DNA of 63,975 bases, the filler included, from Octopus bimaculoides (lineage: Eukaryota): NCBI RefSeq assembly GCF_001194135.2. It is 9 parts of 8 records of this genome, joined end to end, with 100 filler letters (N's around TTAATTAATTAA, not from the genome) between each part and the next. Parts side by side here need not be neighbours in the genome. Positions count along the whole stretch, not along the records: positions 9,680 to 22,518 come from NC_069006.1; positions 22,619 to 30,438 come from NC_069009.1; 7 more parts are not named here. One strand, written 5' to 3'. Below the pieces are notes generated by a model that saw nothing but the letters and a program-made list of their open reading frames with translations, did no database searches and was not told the DNA's origin. Shown here piece after piece: positions 10,414-23,091 of this stretch. The translations under genes and the position numbers were made by a program. Numbering within the stretch: the stretch's first letter is position 1; the number at the start of each line of letters is the position of its first letter.

Positions 10414-12266
10414 ATAAGGATATATTCATATATACATATAGACGCATATACCAAACTGCTATATTTCTTCTCACACACACACAAAAAGACATAAACCTGT
10501 GCATACACAACCACATACACATCTACACACAAATTATATAACCTAAAAATCTGAAAGAAAGTCATGTGATCACCAATTTCAAGAAAAAATATGTCTATAT
10601 TTTCTCTCTATCATCTGCTTTAATTTATCTTTGCTTCTCATCCAGCAGTTCTTAAATCATCATCATTTTTATTATTTTTGTTGTTGAAGTTATTATTACC
10701 ATCACTGTATTGTTATTTTTATTATTAACATTCTTATTATTATTATTGATATGTGTGTGTTTGCATGTTTATTGTTTGTTTAGTTTTGTAGCTTCTTCCT
10801 TCCCAACAGAAAACTATTCAGAATTATTTCCCATTATAGAACTCTTTTGTGTCAAAGTGAATTTGAAGTAATTTCAAGATTTGGATTTTTGAAGGAATAT
10901 GTTTAAATTTATATCGATTTTATCATTTATGTGTGGATATGTGTTCATACGTATGTATGCACAAATGCATGTATATGTGTGTATGTATGTATGTATCTAT
11001 CTATTGGTTGGTCTGTCTGTCTGTCTATCTACCTGTCTTGCTGTCTGTTTACCTATCTTTCTACTTGTCTATCCATCTGTCTGTCTATATCTTGTATCTT
11101 TTACTTGGTTCAGTCATCAGATGACAGCCATGCTGGAGCACTGCTTTGAAGAATTTTTAGCCAAATGAATCAACTTCAGGACTTGTTTTCATTCGTTTTC
11201 AAGCTTGGTTTTTATTTCATCAGTCTCTTTTGCCAGACTGTTAAGTCATGAGGACATGAACAAACCAACACCAAATGTCAGGTGGTGGTGGGGGACAAAC
11301 ACTCCCATACAGAGACACAGGCACACACNNNNNNNNNNNNNNNNNNNNNNNNNNNNNNNNNNNNNNNNNNNNNNNNNNNNNNNNNNNNNNNNNNNNNNNN
11401 NNNNNNNNNNNNNNNNNNNNNNNNNNNNNNNNNNNNNNNNNNNNNNNNNNNNNNNNNNNNNNNNNNNNNNNNNNNNNNNNNNNNNNNNNNNNNNNNNNNN
11501 NNNNNNNNNNNNNNNNNNNNNNNNNNNNNNNNNNNNNNNNNNNNNNNNNNNNNNNNNNNNNNNNNNNNNNNNNNNNNNNNNNNNNNNNNNNNNNNNNNNN
11601 NNNNNNNNNNNNNNNNNNNNNNNNNNNNNNNNNNNNNNNNNNNNNNNNNNNNNNNNNNNNNNNNNNNNNNNNNNNNNNNNNNNNNNNNNNNNNNNNNNNN
11701 NNNNNNNNNNNNNNNNNNNNNNNNNNNNNNNNNNNNNNNNNNNNNNNNNNNNNNNNNNNNNNNNNNNNNNNNNNNNNNNNNNNNNNNNNNNNNNNNNNNN
11801 NNNNNNNNNNNNNNNNNNNNNNNNNNNNNNNNNNNNNNNNNNNNNNNNNNNNNNNNNNNNNNNNNNNNNNNNNNNNNNNNNNNNNNNNNNNNNNNNNNNN
11901 NNNNNNNNNNNNNNNNNNNNNNNNNNNNNNNNNNNNNNNNNNNNNNNNNNNNNNNNNNNNNNNNNNNNNNNNNNNNNNNNNNNNNNNNNNNNNNNNNNNN
12001 NNNNNNNNNNNNNNNNNNNNNNNNNNNNNNNNNNNNNNNNNNNNNNNNNNNNNNNNNNNNNNNNNNNNNNNNNNNNNNNNNNNNNNNNNNNNNNNNNNNN
12101 NNNNNNNNNNNNNNNNNNNNNNNNNNNNNNNNNNNNNNNNNNNNNNNNNNNNNNNNNNNNNNNNNNNNNNNNNNNNNNNNNNNNNNNNNNNNNNNNNNNN
12201 NNNNNNNNNNNNNNNNNNNNNNNNNNNNNNNNNNNNNNNNNNNNNNNNNNNNNNNNNNNNNNNNNN

Positions 12267-12470
12267 CCCGTGCTATTGCTAGATAGCCGTTGAGCCTGCA
12301 CTAGGTCCATCCGAGTTTTCGGCAGGTCTTGTTTTTAATCCTGCTGGGTTTCTAGCAACCCTCCTCACCAGGGTAGCCTGGTGAGGGTGCCAGTTTAGTC
12401 GCTGGCAACCCGACCATGCAACAGGTTGTACTGGATTACATGTTACCAGTAGCACTTATGAGAGCCTCAT
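12267..12470 (-). mobile_element. GC-rich structured segment, probable 5' UTR of an RTE-type LINE running into the gap
   Basis: GC-rich island with adjacent hairpins (CCTCACCAGG/CCTGGTGAGG; TGCCAG/CTGGCA) and a gggtt..aaccc motif reminiscent of RTE leaders; no ORF visible. Confidence 0.35.
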
Positions 12471-12482
12471 ACGTGACCTGAC

Positions 12483-12521
<39 letters not shown>

Positions 12522-13119
12522 TATGTATATACCTATACATACATACATAAGTGTATGTATATTAAACAGTAAAAGCAATTCAAAATGAAATACATAGAAG
12601 TGTATAGATGCAAAAAAGCTGCTGTGAAATTGTCTTTCTTTATATATTTATTCTTTTCCTTTAAATGTTACGATTGACACGGAAACCATCAAGAAGACAA
12701 AGAATTGTGTGAGAACTTCCAAAGGCCATATTTTTGGATGATTCTAAGAATGGAATGGTATATTAAAAGAAAAGAAATGCTAAAGCATAGCTGCTGTGTC
12801 TCTAAGTTGATGTTCTTCTACTCTTCTGTTTCTTTTGTGTGTTATGTTTGCAGGCGTGAAGAGGAAATAATGGAGAATTGGTGATGGGGAGTAATTGTTT
12901 ACCTTGTACAGATTAAAACTGGTTTTTTTCTTCTATCTATCTGTCTTTCTCTCTCTCTCTCTCTCTCCTACTCATTCAAGTCTGACACTAGGAGTACATC
13001 TAACTCACTGACACACAAACACAGATGAGAACATATACTCTTTCCCTCTCTCTCTCTCTCACACACATACACAATCACCAAATAACATTCTTTAACTTTT
13101 GGGGGACTTATATTGATGC

Positions 13120-13151
13120 TAATTTCATTTCTGTTTTATTTCTGTTTATTT

Positions 13152-13187
<36 letters not shown>

Positions 13188-13400
13188 ATTCTGTTTCATT
13201 TATATCTTTCTTTCCTGCATTATTTTATTTGCTTCTTTCTCTTTTATATATATATATATATTTCTGTTTTATTTATATCTTCCATTTCTGCTTTATGTTA
13301 TATTTCTGTTTTTTGTATATATCATTTCTGTTCTATCTAGACCTTTCATTTCTGTTTTGCTGTATTTATATTATTTCTGTTTATTTCTATTTATTTATTG
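13120..13400. repeat. Degenerate AT-rich minisatellite (ATTTCTGTTT motif)
   Basis: atttctgt(t) recurs about 9 times, interleaved with (TA)n. Confidence 0.6.
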
Positions 13401-14029
13401 AAAGTGAATCACAACATACATAAACCAGAACTGGGTCCCTGGGTAACTGCTCAGTGTGGCCACACTTCAGGACAGTGCTGCTGTATCCCTTACTCAGTTT
13501 AGACCTTTCTTGGTGAACGGGTCAGGTGTCTTCTACACCCAAACCATTTCTGCATTCAGTTTGATCAAGATAGATATTGCCATCAGCAGGAATGATTCTT
13601 GAAAGCTAGAATTTCTCTCTTGGAACATCTTTCACACCATTCTTCAATATAAGACATTCACCATTTTGTCTGCTATGACAACTTCAAGACATTTATTGAA
13701 CTCAATGCCATGGCTTTCTTAAAAAACTTTAATGGTTGGAATCAGAAACAAAGAATTCCAGTTTTATTTCTGGTTTTTCTTTTTTAAATTCCCCATTTTT
13801 ATTTTGTTTTTATTTCTGCTTCTATTCCTGTTTTCACCTGTGCTTCTTTTTATGTTTTTATCCCCACCCCCTCCACCGCCACATTTTTATTCATGCTTTT
13901 ATTTCTATTTTCCTTTTTGGGGTTTTTTTCTGTTGTGTTTTGGCTTTATTACTGTTTTTAATTGTTTTTGACTTTTTCTTTTCCTTTTTTTTTTGTCTTT
14001 CTCAGTTTGTCTATAATTGTTTCAGTTCA

Positions 14030-14210
14030 GAAAACAACAATAGCAAAAACAATGACAACAACAACAATAGCAGCAGTAACAACAACAACAGCAAAAATGC
14101 CAGCAGCAGCAGCAACAACAATAGCTGTAATAATCATAAAAACAACAGCAGTAACAACAACAATGTCAACAAAAACAATGGTAATAAACAACAACAACAG
14201 CAACATTAGC
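14030..14210. repeat. (CAA/CAG/TAA)n degenerate trinucleotide tract
   Basis: Directly visible; source of the poly-N/S/T/Q ORFs in the track. Confidence 0.85.
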
Positions 14211-14879
14211 AGTCACAGAAAAGAAACCAATCTAAAACTGAAATTAAGAACAAAAAAAAAAAACAAATCTTCGTTAAAAATTATTAAATTAAAGAAAGAA
14301 AATACAAATTATGATATCTAATTAATAAATAGATAATTAGCAAATAATTAGTCTGTTTTTATTCCCACATTAAATTCTGTTAGAGGCTATTTTGTCATTG
14401 AAACATTCTGATGGCTGGGATTGAACCTGGTGTGGTTGGATCTTAAATCAAGGCTGTTCTATATGTGACCATTCCATTTGGTTGTATGCAAATTGTACAT
14501 TATATCCTGCTTTCTTTAAACCTTTTCCGACCATATATATGTTGAAATGCATTGCGTTTGTTTTAATTAATCTTGAAAATAACAAAGAATTTAGTAAAAT
14601 AATTTTGTCATTATTTATTTGGTGTTTGAGGCATAAATTAACATGAAATTTTGATCGAATTAAGATCAATTTAATGTTTTTGTTATGATATTTATCCTAA
14701 AATGTACTGCATATGCTTTAATTAACTTTGAAAATAATTATTGCTTGCTTCCCAACCACATGGTTACAGGTTCAGTCCCACTTCGTGAAACCTCGGGCAA
14801 GTGTCTTCTAGTATAACTTCGGGTGAACCAAAGCATTGTAAGTGGATTTGGTAGACACAAACTGAAAGAAGCCTGTCGT

Positions 14880-14919
14880 ATATATATATATATATACACA
14901 CAGAATAAAAGACTAAAAG

Positions 14920-14951
<32 letters not shown>

Positions 14952-14970
14952 AACAAAATGAAGACCAAAA

Positions 14971-15006
<36 letters not shown>

Positions 15007-15661
15007 AGAATAAAGACTAAAAGAATTGGGCCTCACTGAGGCAATAACTTCTGACCGAGATCTTTGGAAATATGCTGTGCGTGAGAAGACCCGGCAAGCC
15101 AAGTGAGACCTAAATCCAAAGCATCTGCCAGGATGCGTACCTTCCTACATTGGACACTAAACTNNNNNNNNNNNNNNNNNNNNNNNNNNNNNNNNNNNNN
15201 NNNNNNNNNNNNNNNNNNNNNNNNNNNNNNNNNNNNNNNNNNNNNNNNNNNNNNNNNNNNNNNNNNNNNNNNNNNNNNNNNNNNNNNNNNNNNNNNNNNN
15301 NNNNNNNNNNNNNNNNNNNNNNNNNNNNNNNNNNNNNNNNNNNNNNNNNNNNNNNNNNNNNNNNNNNNNNNNNNNNNNNNNNNNNNNNNNNNNNNNNNNN
15401 NNNNNNNNNNNNNNNNNNNNNNNNNNNNNNNNNNNNNNNNNNNNNNNNNNNNNNNNNNNNNNNNNNNNNNNNNNNNNNNNNNNNNNNNNNNNNNNNNNNN
15501 NNNNNNNNNNNNNNNNNNNNNNNNNNNNNNNNNNNNNNNNNNNNNNNNNNNNNNNNNNNNNNNNNNNNNNNNNNNNNNNNATATATATATATACACACAC
15601 ATACAGAATAAACACCAAAAGAATGTATATATATATATACACACAGAATAAAAAACTAAAA

Positions 15662-15690
<29 letters not shown>
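14880..15690. repeat. Compound minisatellite CAGAATAAAAGACTAAAAGAA + (TA)n, split by an RTE fragment and a gap
   Basis: Unit motif at about 14900, 14952, 15005, 15603 and 15643. Confidence 0.7.
15026..15163 (+). mobile_element. RTE-type LINE ORF C-terminus and start of 3' UTR
   Basis: Encodes LGLTEAITSDRDLWKYAVREKTRQAK*; downstream cattggacactaaact matches the upstream end of the 108-659 element. Confidence 0.7.
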
Positions 15691-15698
<8 letters not shown>

Positions 15699-15714
15699 TA
15701 CACACACACACACA

Positions 15715-16110
15715 TTCTTTTCTTCATTTCAGTAATCTGACTGCAGCCATGCTGGAGCACCACCTTTAGTCGAACACATCAACCACATGATTTATTCTTT
15801 GTAAGCCTAGTACTTATTCTATCACTCGCTTTTGCCAAATCGCTACGTTATGAGGATGTAAACACACCAACATTGGTTGTCAAGCAATGGTGGGGGAACA
15901 AACATAGACACAGACAGACACACATAAATACAAGCACACACATATATATATGACAGGCTTCTTTCAGTTTCCGGCTACTAAATCCACTCATAAGGCTTTG
16001 GTCAGCCCTAGGCTATAGTAGGAAACACTTGCCCAAGGTGTCACTCAGTGGAACTGAGTCCAGAACCTTGTGGTTGGGAAGCCAGCTTCTTACCAACACA
16101 GTCATGCTTG
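15715..16110 (-). mobile_element. CORE-type SINE, near full length
   Basis: Head, CORE (acacttgcccaaggtg on plus), internal (CA/TA)n and tail all present; an opposite-orientation tail fragment follows at 16140-16360. Confidence 0.8.
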
Positions 16111-16679
16111 CTCCAATATATATTTGTGTGTGTTTGTGCATGTGTATGTCTTCGTATGTATGTTTGTCCCCCACCACTGCTTGACATTCTGTGTTGGTGT
16201 TTTTACACTCCTGAAATCTAGCAGTTCAGCAATAGAGACTGATAGAATATTATCAGGCTTTAAAAAAAACAAAAAGACACATCTACAGGGTTCGATTTAT
16301 TCGACTAAAACTTCTTCAAGGTGGTGCCCCAGCATGGCCACAATGTAATGACTGAAATGAAAAAAAAAAATGCGACATATCTCATACCATATCATCTTAA
16401 TACAAAATACAAAATATTCAAGACAGTATGATTATTTACAATTTCATATCAGCTTAAATTAAATTTAATTAACAAACAGAAATCAAAACTGAAAGGTGAC
16501 AGAACATTTCAAACCATAATTAACAACAGTAATTAGTAATGAGAATATTTATAAATACTATTTTTGTTGTTGTTGCTTGTTTTTGTCTTGTTATTTTTCT
16601 TCAGACATTTTGGTAAAAAACATGATTTTTTAATGGTGTTTTGTTGCATAACGATAGAAACGCACAACATCTCTTTTAC

Positions 16680-17033
16680 CTTTTTTCTTTTAATTGTGTC
16701 AGACTGGCCATGCTGGGGCAACGCCTTGAAGAATTTTTAGTCAGACAAATTAGCCTAAGTTCTTATTTTCTTTTTAAGCCTGATACTTATTTGATCGGCC
16801 TCTATGGCTGAACTGCTAAGTTATGGGGACATAAACACACTAACACTGGTTGTCAACACACACACACACACATTTATCATGGAATTCTTTCAGTTTCCCT
16901 CTAGGAAATCCACTCACAAGACTTTGGTCAACTTGAGGCTAAAGTAGAAGACACCTGCCGAAGCTGCCATGCAGCTGAACTGAACCCGGAACCATGTTGT
17001 TGGGAAGCAAATTTGTTACCACATAGCCATGCC
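16680..17033 (-). mobile_element. CORE-type SINE
   Basis: Same architecture as 15715 and 59555. Confidence 0.75.
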
Positions 17034-17520
17034 TATCTTATCGTATTCATCAAATGGTATTTCAAAATAATTATCAAAATAACATTTATTTTTCTCCATA
17101 AACAGAATTTTCAAAGAAATTAATTTTTTTCCTTTACCTTATTTCTTTTCAAGAGAGAGAGAGAGATAGGGTGAGAGGTGGGGAGGGGGGAGAGCTCCTA
17201 TGTGTGTATGTATAAAGTGAAAAAAGTAACCTTGAGTCATGTAGGCTCATAAAGGCTGGTCTGCTGGTTTTCATCGCATAGGAATTCCCCACCCCCTGGA
17301 TGGGACGCCAGTCCCTTGCAGGATAACTCATTCTTGCCAGCTGAGTGGACTGGGGCAACGTGAAATGATTGCAACAAATTAAAGAGTAAAGCTAAAAAAA
17401 TCTTCCAATAGTTTAGGGTGGGGGGAATGAAAGAGATAGAAAGAGGGGTAGAAAGATGGTCTATAATGTGTTTGAATGTATGTGTATGTGTGTGTGTATG
17501 TACATATATATATATGTATG

Positions 17521-17569
<49 letters not shown>

Positions 17570-20339
17570 ATACATGTATGTATGAATGTATATATGTGCA
17601 TTCATGTGTATATGTATGTGTACACATGTGGATATGAATATGTGTGTGTGTGTGTGTGTGTATGTTCATACGTATATATGTACATGTGTGTGTATGTTCA
17701 TACGTATATATGTACATGTGTGTGTATGTATGTGTGAATATATGTGCATACATGTATGTATACGTGTGTGTGCCTGTGCTTATTGTACATATATGTGATT
17801 ATATGTGCATGTGTATATGCGCGAGTGATAGAAAGAGAGAACATGTTGACACCATTTCAGTGTGTATAAGTGTTTGTGAGAGAGGTGGGGAGGGAGGCAT
17901 GTTTTTTTTTTACCCATGATGCTCCAGTTTAAGTTAAAAATCTGCTGCTTCAGAATGAATTAACATGGACCGTTTGTGACAGAAGAATTTGCAGTGATAT
18001 GGTTTCCTGAAGAATCTCTCAGTCATTAGGAATGATATGTAAATATGAAGAAGGAGATGGCATCTCACAGTCTTCAACAAAGGTCTTGCCTTCTCCATGC
18101 ATGTGTGTGCATGCGTATGGGCATATGTATGTTTCTATGTATCCATCAATTGATTTCTCTCTCCTTATATATATATATTTATTTATTTATATATATCTTT
18201 CTATCTGATCTATTTGTCTGTCTATCTGTCCATGCAGCTATCTACTCATCTACCTACCACTATCTGTTTAGCTATCCTTTCTCTCTCACACACACGTGTC
18301 TATCTATCTATCTATCTATCTATGCATCTGTCTATGCATCTATCTATCTATCTGTCTATTTATCTATCTATGTACCTGCCTGTCCGTCTGTCTGTTGTCT
18401 ATTAATCCAGCCATGCAGCTGTCAACCTTCTTTTCAACCTTTCTCTATCTCTCTTTCCCTCTGTCTCTCCCTATCTCCCTTTACCTCTCTCTCTCTATCT
18501 CTCCTTCCCCTACACTCTCTATCTTGCAGGTATTTATTCACCTCAAACAATGCAGTACTTTGAGAATGGCCTTCATCACAGACAGAAGGGGAATAAAAAA
18601 CAAAAAGCAAAAAAAAACAAAAACAACAAAGCCGTGTTAATGCAATACTTGCAGATATTAAACCAATTCCAAGTGGGTGGAGGAAGAGAGATAGATAGAG
18701 AGCAAAAGAGAGAGAGAGAGAGAAAGAGAATGGCAGTGAATAGCATTTTTAGTCTTGGTTTCATTCGTTATCATCAGGATTCTTCACAGAACAAAGAATT
18801 CCCGAGACACAAAAGAAAACTAAGAAAGGAATAAAAATCGGTAAAAATAACTGAGGCAGACAGTAGGAATTGACCGAAAATAATTGTTGGCGTTGTTTAT
18901 TCTAAACTTGTTTGCAACAATCTTGATTTGAAGAATCTATTTCAGTTAGATGGGTTTGGTAAATAAAACGTACAACATCTTTGACAAAATAGCAGAATGT
19001 CTTTTGAGTAGAGTTTGTTGATTGAAATTGTCTTCAGATTAATGAGGAATTTTGTACAGTTTCTTATAATGTATGTAGAATTTTACACAATGGTTAGAAT
19101 CTCTGATAGGCATAGGATGAGTTTGGCTTCGTGACACTAGAATCAGACCAAGGTGACATTTAAGAATTTAGGAAAATCGGTTGTGGCACCCTGAATACAA
19201 AACACGAGGAACAAAGAATTTCTTTGGCTTGGTACTAAGATGACCGAATTTGCACTTTGGTTGATTTTTATTCGTTTGAATGACACTGAGTCGTAGTAAA
19301 GACATACGAATGGTACCAGGACTAATCTCCTCGTACTCATTTCATTGTACTTGTATTAGAGTACTCATTTTGTCGTACTCGTCTCATTGTACTTATATCA
19401 TAGTGTTGTTCATCCCTTGTACTCATCTCAAACTACATATATGAAATGAATAAATAAAAATAAGAAAAAATAAAACAATATAGGAAAAAAAATGCATGGA
19501 AAATAAATAAAAAATGTAAAATATATAAAAAGATAAATAATAAATAAGTAAAGAATATATAAAAATATACAAAATATATATAATAAGTATTAATAATATA
19601 TATATAATAAGTATATATAAAAAACATAATATATAAAACAAAAATAAAAAAACGAAAACAAGTTTGCTTCTCCCCCCCCCTCTCCCCTCCCTAATAACTG
19701 CAAACAGAAAAATCTTTGCTGTCATAACTCATGCTTGACTGGACAGGCAAGGATGGATTGGTTTTCATGGTCTTGCAACTCAAATGGGAAAATATAAAGG
19801 AAAAAAAAAACATACGCCACTGTGCACTTGCATCTGTGCAGTTGCTTAGCTGCAACCATCATTGTCATCTTGTCTCTCTCTCCTCTTTTTCCTTTTCTTT
19901 CTTCTTTTAGCTTTCTCTCTTTCTGCCCCCTCTCTCTACCTCTTGCCTTCTTTCTATTTCTATCTCTGTCTATCCCTGTCTTTCTCCTACTTCTCTCCTT
20001 TCTATTTTCCTCCCACCTCTCTCTTCTCTTCCCTCTCTCATGTCCCTTTCTCTCTCTTTCCCCTTTTTCTCTTCTTCCTCCGCACCCACCTCATTTCCCA
20101 TCACTCTTTCTCTCTCTCCCCGCCCACAAGCACCTCCCACCACTCCTCATATCCCCATACCCACCAACCCCATTCTTTCTCCTCCTTCCTCTGGCCACAT
20201 TAAATCCATGATTTCCTAATGGCTGCAATCAACAACAGATCAAGCTTTCATCAATAAATCTACACCATCTCCTATCTTCACCAATTTACCGTTATATCAT
20301 ATTGGAACTTTTGCATTCTAGAAACCATTTATATTATTA

Positions 20340-20549
20340 TTAATAATCTTTTCTACTCTAGGCACAAGACCCGAGGGGGTAGTTGATTGGATCGACTTCA
20401 GTACGCAACTGGTACTTAATTTATCGATGCTGAAAGGATGAAAGGCTAAGTCGAGTTCGGCGGAATTTGAACTCAGAATGTAAACACAGACGAAATACCG
20501 TTAAGCATTTTCCCCAGCGTGCCAACGTCTCTGTCAGCTCGCCCCCTTA
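20340..20549 (-). mobile_element. Meta-like SINE (tail type b)
   Basis: Core actggtacttaatttatcga...ggatgaaaggc; head-to-head with the next copy. Confidence 0.75.
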
Positions 20550-20591
20550 AATTTTAGCCTTGTGCCCTTAGTAGGAAGGATTATTAATATT

Positions 20592-20880
20592 AAGGTGGTG
20601 ATCTAGCAGAATCGTTAGCACGCTGGACGAAATGCTTAGCGGTACTTCGTTCGTCTTTGTGCTCTGAGCTCAAATGCCAGGGAAGTCAACTTCTTATTCA
20701 TATGTTGTGATGGAGAAAAACACAAGTGTATCATTATAGTAGATTTACGTTCAGATTCTGCCAAGGTCGACTTTGCCTTTCATCCTTTCTGGGTCGATAA
20801 CAAGTACAAGTCGTGTACTGGGGTCATTGCAATCGGCTTACCCCCTCCCCACAAAATTTCAGGCTTTGTGCTTATAATAC
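20592..20880 (+). mobile_element. Meta-like SINE (rearranged or interrupted)
   Basis: Head aaggtggtgatctagcagaatcgttagc; core gtcgactttgcctttcatcc at about 20765. Confidence 0.7.
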
Positions 20881-20990
20881 AAAAGATCATTATTATTATT
20901 GTTGTTGTTGCTAGATTTTGGTATCTTTTTTCCCTTTTTTTTGTTTACTTTGTCTCTATTTCCCAGACAGAAAGAAAGAAAAAGAGAGAC

Positions 20991-21024
<34 letters not shown>

Positions 21025-22518
21025 TGCATATATGTGCATATACATATATGTATATACATACATGCAAATATACACATACACACAGCTATATATATCTATC
21101 TATCTATATATATNNNNNNNNNNNNNNNNNNNNNNNNNNNNNNNNNNNNNNNNNNNNNNNNNNNNNCACACATATGTGTGTGTGTGTGTATTAAAAAGGA
21201 TAATCACCATATCCCTAAGACATACATCTAACTCTCAGACATCGTTATACGTTTTTGGAAAAGAAACATCTCCAAGGAAAAAAAGAAAACAAATCAACTA
21301 AGCAAAAACAAAAACAAACAGATAAACAAACCAAGCACATAATGAAAAAAATGATTACAAAACAAATAAAATTAAAGCCACAAAAAAAAAAAAGACAACC
21401 AACCAAAAAAAAAGGAGAAAAAATGCAGAAAAAAAGCCACAAAAAACAGAGGCAAAAGAATCGTCCATTTCCGTTATTTTGTTGGCAGAAGAACAATTTC
21501 GATCAAAGAACGGCTATGTCGAAAGAATTAATCCAATTATTGGTGAACTTTGGAAATCCTTCCATACTGATATGTTGTCTCAGAATTGAACTTTTAACTC
21601 GATGCTCAAGACGTGTTTGGCACAAATTCTAACCTCGTTATTAAAATGGTAATTTTCAAGTTGGCTTCGTTTTATAACCAGTTGCCGTTGCCACCACCGC
21701 CATCACTTCCGTTGCCATTGCCACTACTGCCACACCTCTTCCTTATCCTTTAACCAAAACCTTCCATTTCTAAACTTCTTCCTCTCTCTCTTTGTTTGTC
21801 TCTCTCTGTCTAATTCTATATTCCTCTCTCTCTCACTGTCTCTCTTCATGTCTATCTATCTTTTAGTCTACCTCTTTCTCTATCTTTGTTTCTCTCTCTC
21901 TGTCTTTCATTGTCACTCTTTATCTTCCTGTTACTTTCTCTCTCCATGTCTTTCTTATTCTCTCTCTGTCTATCTTCCAGATCTCTCTCTCTTTCTCTAT
22001 CTTCCTCTTTCAGTATTCCTTTTCTGTCTTCCTGCTCTCTCTCTCTCTGTCTACCTTTCTCTTCCTGTCTTCCTGCTCTCTTTCTCTCTGCTCGTGTCTC
22101 TCTTTTAACAGTATGTGTGTGTGTGTATATATAAGGATGTATTACATGTATGTGTGTGCATGTACATAGACGTGTGTGTTTATGTATAGAGACTCACCAT
22201 ATATGCATATATGTGTATGTATGTATACATATATATATATATATATATGTGTGTATATATATATATATATGAATAGGCGATCTTTCGGTACTAGTACGAT
22301 AACGTTTTCAAAATTTAAAATTCCCTCTCCACCGCCGCCAAATTTTTTAATTTTAAACTTTTTACAAAATTTTGTTTTTCAATCTACGTGGAAAAACACG
22401 AAGATTAATAATATAGCAAACAAAAAATAATTTAGTTTCAAATTTTATATGAAAAACACTAAATTTGATCCACACACGCCTCGCCGCTACCCAGCAAGAA
22501 GGGTGTGCGCGCGAAACA

Positions 22519-22618
22519 NNNNNNNNNNNNNNNNNNNNNNNNNNNNNNNNNNNNNNNNNNNNTTAATTAATTAANNNNNNNNNNNNNNNNNNNNNNNNNN
22601 NNNNNNNNNNNNNNNNNN
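22519..22618. other. Artificial scaffold linker 2
   Basis: 44 N + TTAATTAATTAA (22563-22574) + 44 N. Confidence 0.97.
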
Positions 22619-22906
22619 AATAGTAATCAATAATTTAGATGTAAAGTTACAGACAGGATATTAACCGTTAAACGGCAAGAAAGGGTTGCATGAATGTATT
22701 GAACAAATGAGCAAAAAAATGAAAAATACCTCTTTTTCTTAAGGGGAATTTTTATACTTATCGTCCCTTTAAATAAGTACAAATTCTAAGATAATTGTAA
22801 ATCTCTCTAATCTAACAATAACCTTTCCAATCTGATTATGGAAAAGTGCCGTAAAATACCTTCTTTGCACTCGTTGTGAGCATAAATTCATTTCAGATTC
22901 CCGTAT

Positions 22907-23055
22907 TGTTGTTGCCAAACGAATGTACAAATTGAGAAATATTGGTGCACTTCATCGATCAAGAGCTAGTTAAAGCATGTTTTTCTTCCGTGCTATCTAG
23001 AATATCATCATCATTATCATCATCATCGTGGTCGTCGTAATCGTCGACGTCTTGG

Positions 23056-23091
<36 letters not shown>

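Noticed and set aside
12346-12420. Plus-strand HDV-like ribozyme fold
   Set aside because: P1 is only 5 bp, P2 is weak, J4/2 is non-canonical, a stronger alternative hairpin exists, and the strand is probably antisense to the element.
12854-12885. Strong acceptor followed by REEEIMENW*
   Set aside because: Too short to support; no other exons on the scaffold.
13430-13730. Possible decayed LINE coding remnant (minus, NIYLDQTECRNGLGVED)
   Set aside because: Multiple stops in all frames and only a weak motif; cannot be assigned without a search.
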